Of a stretch of 64,000 nt of DNA, positions 41,333-49,992 are shown in pieces. The translations under genes were made by a program, and so were the position numbers. The stretch comes from an uncultured Bacillota bacterium (GTDB taxonomy: Bacteria; Sysuimicrobiota; Sysuimicrobiia; Sysuimicrobiales; Segetimicrobiaceae), in assembly GCA_963804645.1 (NCBI GenBank), contig CAWDRG010000017.1, positions 96,001 to 160,000 of the forward strand. Reading direction: 5' to 3'. Below the pieces are notes generated by a model. It saw nothing but the letters and a program-made list of their open reading frames with translations. It searched no databases and had not been told where the DNA came from. The stretch's first letter is position 1. Each line of letters begins with the position of its first letter.

Positions 41333-41889
41333 TCGGCGCTATCGATGCGGCGGTCGCCGGCACCACCTGACCGCTCTCGCGACCGCGCTCCCGGTAGACC
41401 AGCGCCCTCCGGAGTAGCCGGTGACCAGCAACACGGCGAAGGTCAGCACGCCAGCGACCATCGCCAGCCCCGGACGACGGAGTTTGCCCAGGGCGACGGC
41501 CAGGCGCGCGGCGACCCAGAGCGCGACGAGAGCGAGCAGGACGTACCCCCAGTGCTCGTGGACCTCCACGCGCCGGCCGCTGAAGAAGTGCGCGAGGTCG
41601 GCAGATGAATTCCCGGCGCCGCGACGGCGGCACCACCCTCGCGCTCATTCGCTTCCGGAGTGATGCGACCACTCAGCACGGCCAACACCGTGCCAACCGC
41701 GCCGGCGGCGAGGCAGTACAAGCCCGCGACTCGCAACGAGGACGATTTGCGCGCCCAGCCGATGACGTCGAACAACAGGGCCATCGACAACAGGGCGACC
41801 GGGAAATGGACCAGGATCGGGTGCAGCTCGACACGCCAGTTGAAGGGAAACGGCAACGATCTTCCTCCTTGTCTCGTCTGCAGCGCCAT
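41181..41889 (-). CDS. DUF2231-like membrane protein, copy 2 (frameshifted)
   Basis: Near-identical to 34148-34813 (LHPILVHFP, HEHWG, TGYSGG); frame changes near 41600 and 41400. The 3' end is uncertain. Confidence 0.7.
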
Positions 41890-42104
41890 CGACCGCGACG
41901 CAGTGTTTTCGGGCACCTGGAGCCCCGACACGAGCGCCCTGTCGACCACCCTCGCGGGAACCACCTGGACCACCGACACCCGCACGAGGGCCCACCCCGC
42001 GGGAGCGCCGCGCGCTCCCGCGGATCTCACGTACCCCGGCGTCGCCCGGCCCGACCACGCCGAGCACTCCTCGTCTCACCGCGCGTGCGCCGAAGGTACG
42101 CTCG

Positions 42105-42775
42105 CTACGGCGCGCGCTGCGCCGTAAACTGAATCTCCAGTTCTACCTGGTTCTGCGCCTGGAGAATCCCCATGAGGGACGGCGGATCGAACCCGAAATC
42201 CGTCATCAGGACGTTCGTGGTGGCATCCCCGGTCAGCGTCGGACCATTGAGCGTGACCGTGCCGGTGAAGGTGACCGGCTTGGTCACGCCGTGGACCTGA
42301 AGGGTACCGGCGATCCGACGGGGATCGCGCGGCCTTCCACTAGGCGCCCGGCAGGCCGTCGATCGAGGTCGGAGTGAACACCGCGGTCGGGTATTGCGCG
42401 GAATCGAGCCAGCGGGTCTGGATTTCCCGGTCGCGGTGGCGGCTGTCCGAGGTGAGCTGGCTGATGTCGACGGTGATCGGTCCGATCCGGCTCTGCGACG
42501 GGTGGGCGCGATCGACCAGGATCTGGCCCTCGATGCCGTGCGTGGTCCCGACCGCGACTTTGAACTGATTGTTGCGGTTGAAAAACGTCTCGCCGACGCG
42601 GTACGGCGCCTGCGACGCCGACGATCGATGACGAACCGTTCGATCCCCGCCGCGGCGGGCGCCGGGACGGGTGCCGCCGCCAGCGCGCCGCCAGAGGGCA
42701 TCCATGGCGAGCAGAGCCGCCGCAAGAGGCCCACTCCGCGCCGCCGTAGGAAGGTCATTCCTGTCCAATGCGCAT
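42105..42775 (-). CDS. YceI-family protein, copy 2 (frameshifted)
   Basis: Clear nucleotide and protein paralogue of 38652-39328. Confidence 0.78.
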
Positions 42776-42941
42776 GCTGATGCTCCTTTCCACCCGCGGG
42801 ACGTGCCGGGCCTCCGCGCGATCGCGCGGTCAAGAGTTTCGATCACAGCGCCGGCTCGCCCTGAAGGTTCCGGGTCCACGTTCGACGTGACGCCGTCGGC
42901 ACCGGTCCCGGCCCACACAAGCGGGCCGGTCGCACCTCTGT

Positions 42942-42973
42942 ACGCTACGTCGTCGAGATGACATCCGGATGAC
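42942..42973 (-). promoter_or_regulatory. Direct-repeat box promoter E (YceI-DUF2231)
   Basis: GTCATC-cggat-GTCATC-N9-TAGCGT. Confidence 0.75.
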
Positions 42974-43051
42974 AGCGGTCCTGGCGGAACCAGGAGGTGT
43001 TCGGGGCTCCCGCCCCGCGCGTGGCGCCAGGTCGTGCTCGCCAGGGGTGCC

Positions 43052-43672
43052 TCAGCGCCAGTGGGCGGCGGCGGACCGCGCTTGGTGTTCCTCGCCGCCC
43101 CATGCCTGTTGTGCTGGAGTCAGCGAGGAGAGGTGACGGGTGCGCAACCGCACCCAGGACGCAGCGAAGTGGCCCCCTCGGGCGGGTTCCGGATTGGTCG
43201 AGGAGGCCACCCACCCACGCACGGCAGGTGCCGCGTGCCACCCCCACGATGCGCCGCGTGTCATGCGCCGGACTACGACGTCCGGGACATGCGTACCCGC
43301 TCGAGTCGGCGCCCTCGTTGCCTCCGGATGCGGTCCGATTTCCTCCGTCGCCCAGACCAAGGCCAGCGCCAGGAGCCCGACGTCGCGGACGAATGTCGCG
43401 GTGAGACCACCCGTCCACGCGAGCACCGCGACAACCTCGGCAAGCGCGGCCACGGCGAGCCAGGCGGTCACCACGGGGACGAAGTTGATCCAGGCCGCCG
43501 CGCCCAGCATCAAGAGCACCCACCCGTGCGCCAGGACGAGCGGCACAGCCTCGACGCGTGCCGCGGGAAGAGGCGGGACGTAGCCGATCCATTGGGCTGG
43601 TGCCGCGAGTTCCCACGCACCGAAGCTCACAAATACCAGTCCTGTGGCCAGCCGCGCGAGGAGACGGGTCAT
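43052..43672 (-). CDS. DoxX-like membrane protein, copy 2
   Basis: Four TM helices; RLATGLVFVSFG, P..W..YVP, FVRDVGLL. ATGA-coupled to the upstream gene. Confidence 0.7.
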   Translation of the reverse strand: MTRLLARLATGLVFVSFGAWELAAPAQWIGYVPPLPAARVEAVPLVLAHGWVLLMLGAAAWINFVPVVTAWLAVAALAEVVAVLAWTGGLTATFVRDVGLLALALVWATEEIGPHPEATRAPTRAGTHVPDVVVRRMTRGASWGWHAAPAVRGWVASSTNPEPARGGHFAASWVRLRTRHLSSLTPAQQAWGGEEHQARSAAAHWR

Positions 43673-44397
43673 CGAGGCCCCGCGCTGGGAGCCCCGAAAA
43701 GACCCGACGAAGCAAGGATGTGCCCCGCCGCGTCGGTCACGATGAAGATGTCGTCACTATCATCCGTTTCGCCCCCCGCCCCATCGTCGCCCCCCTCGGA
43801 GTCGACGAAGTAGAGGCGATAGCGATTGTCATAGATCGCGTGCTGGGTGGAATCTTCCCGGAGGTTGTACAGCGTCATCTCCACCGTCGTCGGCGAGGCG
43901 GGGCGGATCATCAGCTGGAACCCCGTGAGCGCCCGTTCGGCGTCGGCTGATGGCGAGCCGGGATACAGCTGGTACGCAAAGCGGGCGTACCACGTTTGCG
44001 ACAGCAGAGGCCCGCTGCCTGGGCTCGCGGAGGCGGGAGCCGCCGCCCCGGACGGCGTGGGAGGAGGAGTCAGCGGTGAAACCCCGGTCTCCCGCCGGGT
44101 CGACCCCGCCGGCGCCGCCTCGGAGGTGGACGCCGCACGGAACGTTCGCGGCGTTGGCGTAGGCGGCTCCCCCCGCTCCGATTTCGTGGTGGGGGTGGAC
44201 GGATCGACGGGGGTGGCCGCGCGAGGTGTCGCCCCCAAGGGGATGTCGGGGGTGATGCCGCCACCCGGCGACGATGCGGGAGGCTCGACTCCCGGCAGCG
44301 GGGTCGATCGCGGCAGCACAGAATCGCTCGTCAAGGCCAGCGCGAGACCCCCGATCGCAACAAGCACCATGACCGTGATCTTCCCCATCTCCCGCAT
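43669..44397 (-). CDS. Exported hypothetical protein with acidic C-terminal domain, copy 2
   Basis: N-terminal hydrophobic helix, Pro/Thr linker, YQLYP..ALTGF..RLYFVD..GDDG..DD.FIVTDAAGHI. Confidence 0.72.
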   Translation of the reverse strand: MREMGKITVMVLVAIGGLALALTSDSVLPRSTPLPGVEPPASSPGGGITPDIPLGATPRAATPVDPSTPTTKSERGEPPTPTPRTFRAASTSEAAPAGSTRRETGVSPLTPPPTPSGAAAPASASPGSGPLLSQTWYARFAYQLYPGSPSADAERALTGFQLMIRPASPTTVEMTLYNLREDSTQHAIYDNRYRLYFVDSEGGDDGAGGETDDSDDIFIVTDAAGHILASSGLFGAPSAGPR

Positions 44398-44478
44398 GCC
44401 GCTACTGTTGTGCCCTGCGTACGGACCTCGACGGACATGGCCGGACCGCATCACGCTCCAGGTCCCACGACCTGTCCC

Positions 44479-44510
44479 GTCATCGGGCCGTCATCCCAAC
44501 CCGTTACGCT
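44479..44510 (+). promoter_or_regulatory. Direct-repeat box promoter F
   Basis: GTCATC-gggcc-GTCATC-N9-TACGCT. Confidence 0.75.
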
Positions 44511-44546
44511 GGGCACGACTGACAGACGTGAGAGGAGGATGGACTC

Positions 44547-44741
44547 CTGAGGACTTCACGCGACGCCGCCGACCTTGTGATCGTCGAAGCGCAATTGCGG
44601 ATCGTCCGAATGCACCTGCGGACGTGGCGCACGGTCCAACGCCGCCTTGAGCGGCGCGCACGACTCTACCGATGGGTCCTCGGCGCGCCCCGCACGCTCC
44701 ATGGATTACGCGCGGAGCGCGGCGGGCCCCCGGCAGCCTAG
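44547..44741 (+). CDS. Small Arg-rich hypothetical protein, copy 2 (apparent CTG start)
   Basis: GAGGAGG RBS; (L)RTSRDAADLVIVEAQLRIVRMHLRTWRTVQRRLERR; not in the ORF track. Confidence 0.5.
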   Translation: MRTSRDAADLVIVEAQLRIVRMHLRTWRTVQRRLERRARLYRWVLGAPRTLHGLRAERGGPPAA

Positions 44742-44867
44742 CGGATCGGCGCTGGGTCTCACGGTGGGACACGGATCATCGCGGGCCACGGAGGCACGCG
44801 TCTCCGCGCCTTGCCGGACGCCGCGAAACCGCGGCGTCGCGCGGGTCCGACGTCTCTGACGCGGCCG

Positions 44868-45844
44868 CTACCCCAGGGTTGGATCGATCGCCGTATCGGC
44901 GCCGAGCACCGACCCCGGGGGCAGCGGTCGTCCGCGGACGTACGCCGCCGCCGACATCCGCCGGCCGGACGCCGGCTGCACCTCGTGGATCCCGACGGCG
45001 CCATCCCCGGCCGCGACGAGCAGCGGCGCGTCCGGGACCGTCCGGAACGGCGAGCACCGTGCCCGGGACGACCGCGGCCGCGCTCCCGGCGGCGGCGAGC
45101 GCGGACGCGCGCCACACCCGCAGCACCTCGCCGTCGCGCAGGGTGTGCGCGACCGGCCACGGATCAAACGCCCGCACGCGATTCACGATCCGGACGGCCG
45201 GCGTCGCTCCAGCGAATCAGCGCCTCCTCGCGGGTCAGCTTCGGCGCGAACGTCGCCAGCGCCGGATCTTGGGGATGCCGGGGGGCCTGTCCTTCGTCGA
45301 GGAGGCGCACCGCCTCGGCCAGCAGCCGCGCCCCGTCGCCCGCGAGACGCGGCTCCAGCGTCCGCGTCGTGTCGTCGGGCGAGATCGGAACCGCGCGCTG
45401 CAGGATCAGATCGCCCGCGTCCATCTCGTCGGACAGATGCAGCACCGTCACGCCGGTCTCCCGGTCGCCGGCCTCGATCGCCCTCGGGATCGGCGCGGCC
45501 CCGCGGTAGCGCGGCAAGAGCGAGGGATGCAGGTTGATGCCGCCGAGGCGCGGCATCGCCAGCAGGCGGGCCGGCAGGAACCGGCCGTACGCCACGACCA
45601 CGAAGAGGTCGGACGCGAGCGCCCGCAGCAGCTCGACGAACGCCGGGTCCCGGAGCGACTCCGGCGTCCACACGTCGAGCGCGTACTGATGCGCGGCGGC
45701 GGCGACGGGCGTCGGCTCCACAACGAGCCCGCGCCCGCGCGGACGGTCCGGCTGCGTCACCACCGCGGCGATCTCGCTCTCCGCGAGGACCGCGTCGAGG
45801 GACGGCACCGCGAACGCCGGCGTGCCGAAGAAGACGACCTTCAC
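44868..45844 (-). CDS. fmt: Methionyl-tRNA formyltransferase (two apparent frameshifts in the C-terminal domain)
   Basis: [41 protein letters not shown]; then [10 protein letters not shown] and [10 protein letters not shown] in other frames. Confidence 0.92.
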
Positions 45845-46368
45845 GACTGGGGCGGCTCTTGCGCCGCGACCTCGGACGGCGCGTCGTCCACGTGATGGTA
45901 GGTCGCGCGGTCCCGGATGCGCTCCGGAAACAGGATCCCGTCGAGGTGGTCGATCTCGTGCTGCAGGATGCGCGCGAGCATGCTGTCGGCGTTGATCGTC
46001 ACGTACCGGCCGCGGCGGTTGCGGGCGCGCACCACGACCTTGAGCGCGCGCGGCACGTCCCCCACCCATCCGGGAATACTGAGGCACGCTTCGGGGGCGA
46101 TCTCCTCGCCCTCCTGACGGAGGATCTCCGGGTCGACGAGTGCCAGGCGCGATTTCTGAAACTCGATGACGAGCACGCGCCGCCCGATCCCAACCTGGGG
46201 CGCGGCGAGCCCGATCCCGTGCGCCTCGTGCATCGCGTCAAACATCTGGTCGATCAGCTGCTGGATCTCGCGTGTCACCGCGCGGACCGGCTGGGCGCGG
46301 CGGTGCAGCACGGCCGCCCGGGGGCTGTCGACGGTGATGATCTCCAGGGTCCGAGGCGCGTCGGCCAC
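45841..46368 (-). CDS. def: Peptide deformylase
   Basis: GIGLAAPQVG, EACLS, QHEIDHLDG. Confidence 0.95.
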   Translation of the reverse strand: MADAPRTLEIITVDSPRAAVLHRRAQPVRAVTREIQQLIDQMFDAMHEAHGIGLAAPQVGIGRRVLVIEFQKSRLALVDPEILRQEGEEIAPEACLSIPGWVGDVPRALKVVVRARNRRGRYVTINADSMLARILQHEIDHLDGILFPERIRDRATYHHVDDAPSEVAAQEPPQS

Positions 46369-48503
46369 TACGCAATCTCCTGTGGGTCGATGTCGACGGC
46401 CAGACGGCCGCCGCGGCGCCCCCGCCCCGGAGGACCCGCCGCGTCGCGGGCCGCGCGCGCCGCATCGCGCACGACCTCGCGCGTCCCCGCGCGCAGGAGG
46501 CACTGCACCCGCGCGTGGCCGCCCGCCGGATCCGCCGGCGACGGCCCCAGCACCTCCGCGCCGTGGGCCCGCGCCGCCTCCGCCGCCCGGGCCGCGAGCG
46601 CTCCCGCCTCGGTGAGATCGCGGCCGGCCGCGACGACGCGCGCGAGGGCGGCGAACGGCGGATACCCGAACTCACGCCGGGCGCGCAGCTCGTCACGGTA
46701 GAACGCGTCGTCGGCGCCCGTCCGTATCGCCTCGAACACCGGGTGCTCCGGAGCGCGGGTCTGGACGAACGCGTCCGGCCCCGGCGGCCCCCCGGCCAAC
46801 CCGAGGACGGCGTGCAGCTGCTGAAACGCCCGCTCGGCCGCGCGGAAGTCCGGACGGTAGAGCGGCACGTCGGCGTCGACGACGCCGACGAGGCTGGGGC
46901 GAAGACGGCGTCCCCGCGCGAGCAGCTGCGTGCCGACCACGAGCCGCAGCCGCCCCGCCGCGAACTCCCGCGCGACGCGGTCGAACTCCCCCGCGGTCTC
47001 CCGGTCGACCCGCGCGAGCCGGTAGTCCGGAAATAGGCGCGCCACGACCTCCTCGACGCGCTTGGTGCCCGCGCCGATCCACCGGAGCGAGACGCCCTTG
47101 CACCGCGGGCACACCTGCGGGGCTTTCTCGGTGCGCCCGCACACGCGGCACCGGATCGTGTCGGCCTCGCGGTCGAACGGCATGGGCACGAGACAGCGGG
47201 GGCAGCGGACGACATGCCCGCATTCCTGGCACAGCAGGACCCGCGCGTATCCTACCCGGTTGATGAACAGCGCGACGCGCCCCCCGGCCCTCAGGTGCCG
47301 GCGCATCGCGTCGATCAGCGCCTGGCTCAGCGTCCCGGGGCGTCCCTCGTCGTGCTCGCGCCGCATATCGACGATCGTCACACGCGGGAGCGCGCCGGAC
47401 GCCACCCGCACCGTGCGCATCTCTCCCGCGTCGGCCGCGGCGTACGTCTCCACGGACGGCGACGCGCTTCCCAGCACGACGCCGGCGCCCTCGAGCGCGC
47501 CCCGCCGGAGGGCGACCGCGCGGCCGAGGTAGCGGGGCGCGGCGTCCGCCTTGTACGACCGGTCCTGCTCGTCGTCCACGACCAGCAGCCCGAGACGCCC
47601 AAGCGGCGCGAACAGCGCCGAGCGCGTCCCGCAAACGACGTCCGCGGCGCCTTCGCGAATCCGTGCCCACGTCTCGCGGTGCGCGGCCGGGGCGAGCTCC
47701 GAATGAAACAGCGCCACCCGATCCCCCACCGCCGCGCGGAGCTGGGCGGCGAGGCCGCCGGCGAGTTCCACTTCGGGCACCGTGACGATCGCCTGTCCCC
47801 CGCGGGCGGCCGTCTCCCGCACCGCGTCCACGATCCACGCGGCGCGCGCGGCCGCGTCCCCCCACAGCAGGACGGGCAGGCCCGTCGCGACGGCGCGCCC
47901 CCCCTCCGGCCGGCCGTCGCCGCCGGTGACCGGCTCGGGGCGCGGGGCGTCGTCGAGGCGGACCGCCCCGAGCGCGACCAGCCGCTTGAGCGAGGGCCCC
48001 CCACCGCCGCGCGCGAGCGCTCCCACCGGCATCCCAAGCGGCGCGGCCAGCAGCAGCGCGACCAGCGCCTGCTGGCGGCGGCCCAGGGTCCTCGGGATCC
48101 TGTCCGGCACCGCGACGGCCAGCAGCGGACGCGGCGCGGGCCGGCGGCGGGCAACCTCAGGCGGCACGAGGCACCGGATGGCGTCCAGCAAGGTGGACAG
48201 CGTCTCTTCCGCCACCCATCGGGCGAGTTCGAGCAGCGCCGGGGAGAAGAGCGGGATCGGGTCGAGCACGTCCAGCAGGTCCCGAATCCGAGGGGCGCCC
48301 GGCTCCGGGTCCGGCCCGTCGCACGGCCGCGTCGCGACCACGAACCCGAGCGCCGTCCGCGCGCCGAGCGGCACGAGCGCCCGCACGCCGACGGTGACCC
48401 CGTCGTGCAGCCCCGCCGGCACCCGGTACGTGAGCGGACGATCCGCGATCCCGGCGGCCCGGTCCAGCAGGACCTCGGCGCAGTCGCCGGCGGCCGCGCT
48501 CAC
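46368..48503 (-). CDS. priA: Primosomal protein N' (degenerate helicase motifs)
   Basis: LTYRVP N-domain, GTRSALFAP, four CxxC, GAGTKRVEE, PDFRAAER, YPPF; synteny with def/fmt. Confidence 0.9.
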   Translation of the reverse strand: MSAAAGDCAEVLLDRAAGIADRPLTYRVPAGLHDGVTVGVRALVPLGARTALGFVVATRPCDGPDPEPGAPRIRDLLDVLDPIPLFSPALLELARWVAEETLSTLLDAIRCLVPPEVARRRPAPRPLLAVAVPDRIPRTLGRRQQALVALLLAAPLGMPVGALARGGGGPSLKRLVALGAVRLDDAPRPEPVTGGDGRPEGGRAVATGLPVLLWGDAAARAAWIVDAVRETAARGGQAIVTVPEVELAGGLAAQLRAAVGDRVALFHSELAPAAHRETWARIREGAADVVCGTRSALFAPLGRLGLLVVDDEQDRSYKADAAPRYLGRAVALRRGALEGAGVVLGSASPSVETYAAADAGEMRTVRVASGALPRVTIVDMRREHDEGRPGTLSQALIDAMRRHLRAGGRVALFINRVGYARVLLCQECGHVVRCPRCLVPMPFDREADTIRCRVCGRTEKAPQVCPRCKGVSLRWIGAGTKRVEEVVARLFPDYRLARVDRETAGEFDRVAREFAAGRLRLVVGTQLLARGRRLRPSLVGVVDADVPLYRPDFRAAERAFQQLHAVLGLAGGPPGPDAFVQTRAPEHPVFEAIRTGADDAFYRDELRARREFGYPPFAALARVVAAGRDLTEAGALAARAAEAARAHGAEVLGPSPADPAGGHARVQCLLRAGTREVVRDAARAARDAAGPPGRGRRGGRLAVDIDPQEIA

Positions 48504-49117
48504 TGGCGTGTGGGGACGCCACCCGCGAGCGCTGCGACCTCGGCGGCGATCTGTTCGGGCTCCGACATCCGGCCGAGCCCTTCTTGGCCAGACGCCAGCG
48601 CGCCCCGCTCGGGTCCGATCACGTGCACGCCGCGGGCCCGCAGGCGGGCGGTGTTCTCCGCGACGGCCGGTGCGGTCGCCATCTCGGCGCTCATCGCGGG
48701 CGCGAGCAGGATCGGCGCGCGCGTCGCCAGCGCCGTCGCGGACACAATGTCGTCGGCCAGTCCCGCCGCGAGCCGCCCGAGCATGTCGGCGGTCGCCGGC
48801 GCGATCACGTAGCAATCTGCGCGCTGCCCGAGCGCCACGTGCGGCTCGTCCCACGGGGCGTCCGGCGCCCACATATCGACGATCACGGGGTGACGCGACA
48901 GCGCGCGGAACGTGACGGGGCCGACGAAGCGCGCCGCGGCGGGGGTCATTACGACGTAGACGTCGGCGCCCTGCGCGACGAGCAGCCGCACCAGCACGGC
49001 GGATTTGTACGCCGCGATGCTGCCGCAGACGCCGACGACGACGGTCCGCCCGCGGAGCGCGAGGTCAGACGGCGCGCCCACGTGCCACGGGTCCTCCGGC
49101 GCCGGGCGCTTCCCCAC
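48500..49117 (-). CDS. coaC: Phosphopantothenoylcysteine decarboxylase, stand-alone CoaC domain
   Basis: GSIAAYKS, APATAD, APAM, G.LASG.EG.GRM.EP; ends before any CoaB domain. Confidence 0.82.
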   Translation of the reverse strand: MGKRPAPEDPWHVGAPSDLALRGRTVVVGVCGSIAAYKSAVLVRLLVAQGADVYVVMTPAAARFVGPVTFRALSRHPVIVDMWAPDAPWDEPHVALGQRADCYVIAPATADMLGRLAAGLADDIVSATALATRAPILLAPAMSAEMATAPAVAENTARLRARGVHVIGPERGALASGQEGLGRMSEPEQIAAEVAALAGGVPTRQ

Positions 49118-49640
49118 TCCCGGCTCGCAGACCCCGCGCGAGCACGAGCAGCGCGGCCACGATCTCGTCGGCCCCCCACCTCGAGGTGTCGACCATCACG
49201 TGGTAGCGCCCGAGATCGGTGAGGTCGATCCCGTACGTCTGCTGATACCGCCGGTGCTCCACCGTCTCGCGCGCCAACACGTCGCGCCGGGCGCGCTCCG
49301 GATCCATGCCGTCGCGCGACGCCACGCGGGCGGCGCGGACCGCGAGCGGCGCGCGCAGCCAAATGCGCAGGTCCGCGTCGACCAGCCACCCGCTCAACCG
49401 TCCTTCGGCGAGGAGATTGCCGGCGCGCGCGCGCTCGACCTGCATCGCATCGAGTGCCCGATCGATCGCCGGGTCCGCCTCGGCGAGGCGGCCCAACTCC
49501 TCAAGGCTGACGCCGCGCCGGCGCGCTTCCTCGCGGAACACCTCGCCGGCCGACAGGTACTGCAGCCCGAGCGCCGCGGCGAGCGCGCGGGCCACCGTGC
49601 TCTTGCCCGCGCCGATCTCCCCGCTGACGGTGACGATCAT
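49065..49640 (-). CDS. cmk: Archaeal-type (d)CMP kinase / cytidylate kinase-like
   Basis: [46 protein letters not shown]. Confidence 0.82.
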   Translation of the reverse strand: MIVTVSGEIGAGKSTVARALAAALGLQYLSAGEVFREEARRRGVSLEELGRLAEADPAIDRALDAMQVERARAGNLLAEGRLSGWLVDADLRIWLRAPLAVRAARVASRDGMDPERARRDVLARETVEHRRYQQTYGIDLTDLGRYHVMVDTSRWGADEIVAALLVLARGLRAGSGEAPGAGGPVARGRAV

Positions 49641-49945
49641 TGGCCGTCGGCCGCCCCAGGGCCGGCGGTCTCCTCATCATCGTCGTCGTCGTGCTCCGCC
49701 GTCTCCCGGCTCGTGAAGCGGTGCGCGACGGTCTCGGGCTGCACCGCCGAGAGCACGACGTGTCCGCTGTCGGTGATGACCACCGCGCGCGTGCGGCGCC
49801 CGTACGTCGCGTCGATGAGAATCCCTTTGTCGCGCGCCTCTTGAATGATGCGCTTGATCGGGGCCGAGTCCGGGCTGACGATCGCGATGATGCGGTTGGC
49901 CGCCACGATGTTGCCGAACCCGATGTTGATCAGCCGCGTGTCCAT
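49637..49945 (-). CDS. remA: DUF370 / RemA-family protein
   Basis: [48 protein letters not shown]. Confidence 0.92.
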   Translation of the reverse strand: MDTRLINIGFGNIVAANRIIAIVSPDSAPIKRIIQEARDKGILIDATYGRRTRAVVITDSGHVVLSAVQPETVAHRFTSRETAEHDDDDDEETAGPGAADGQ

Positions 49946-49992
49946 CGCCTATCCCCCTGGCGCGCTCGCCGCCCCGCGCCGGTGCGGCGCGA

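Noticed and set aside
30600..44860. Prophage or integrative element explanation for the accessory block
   Set aside because: No integrase, tRNA, phage genes or flanking direct repeats found.
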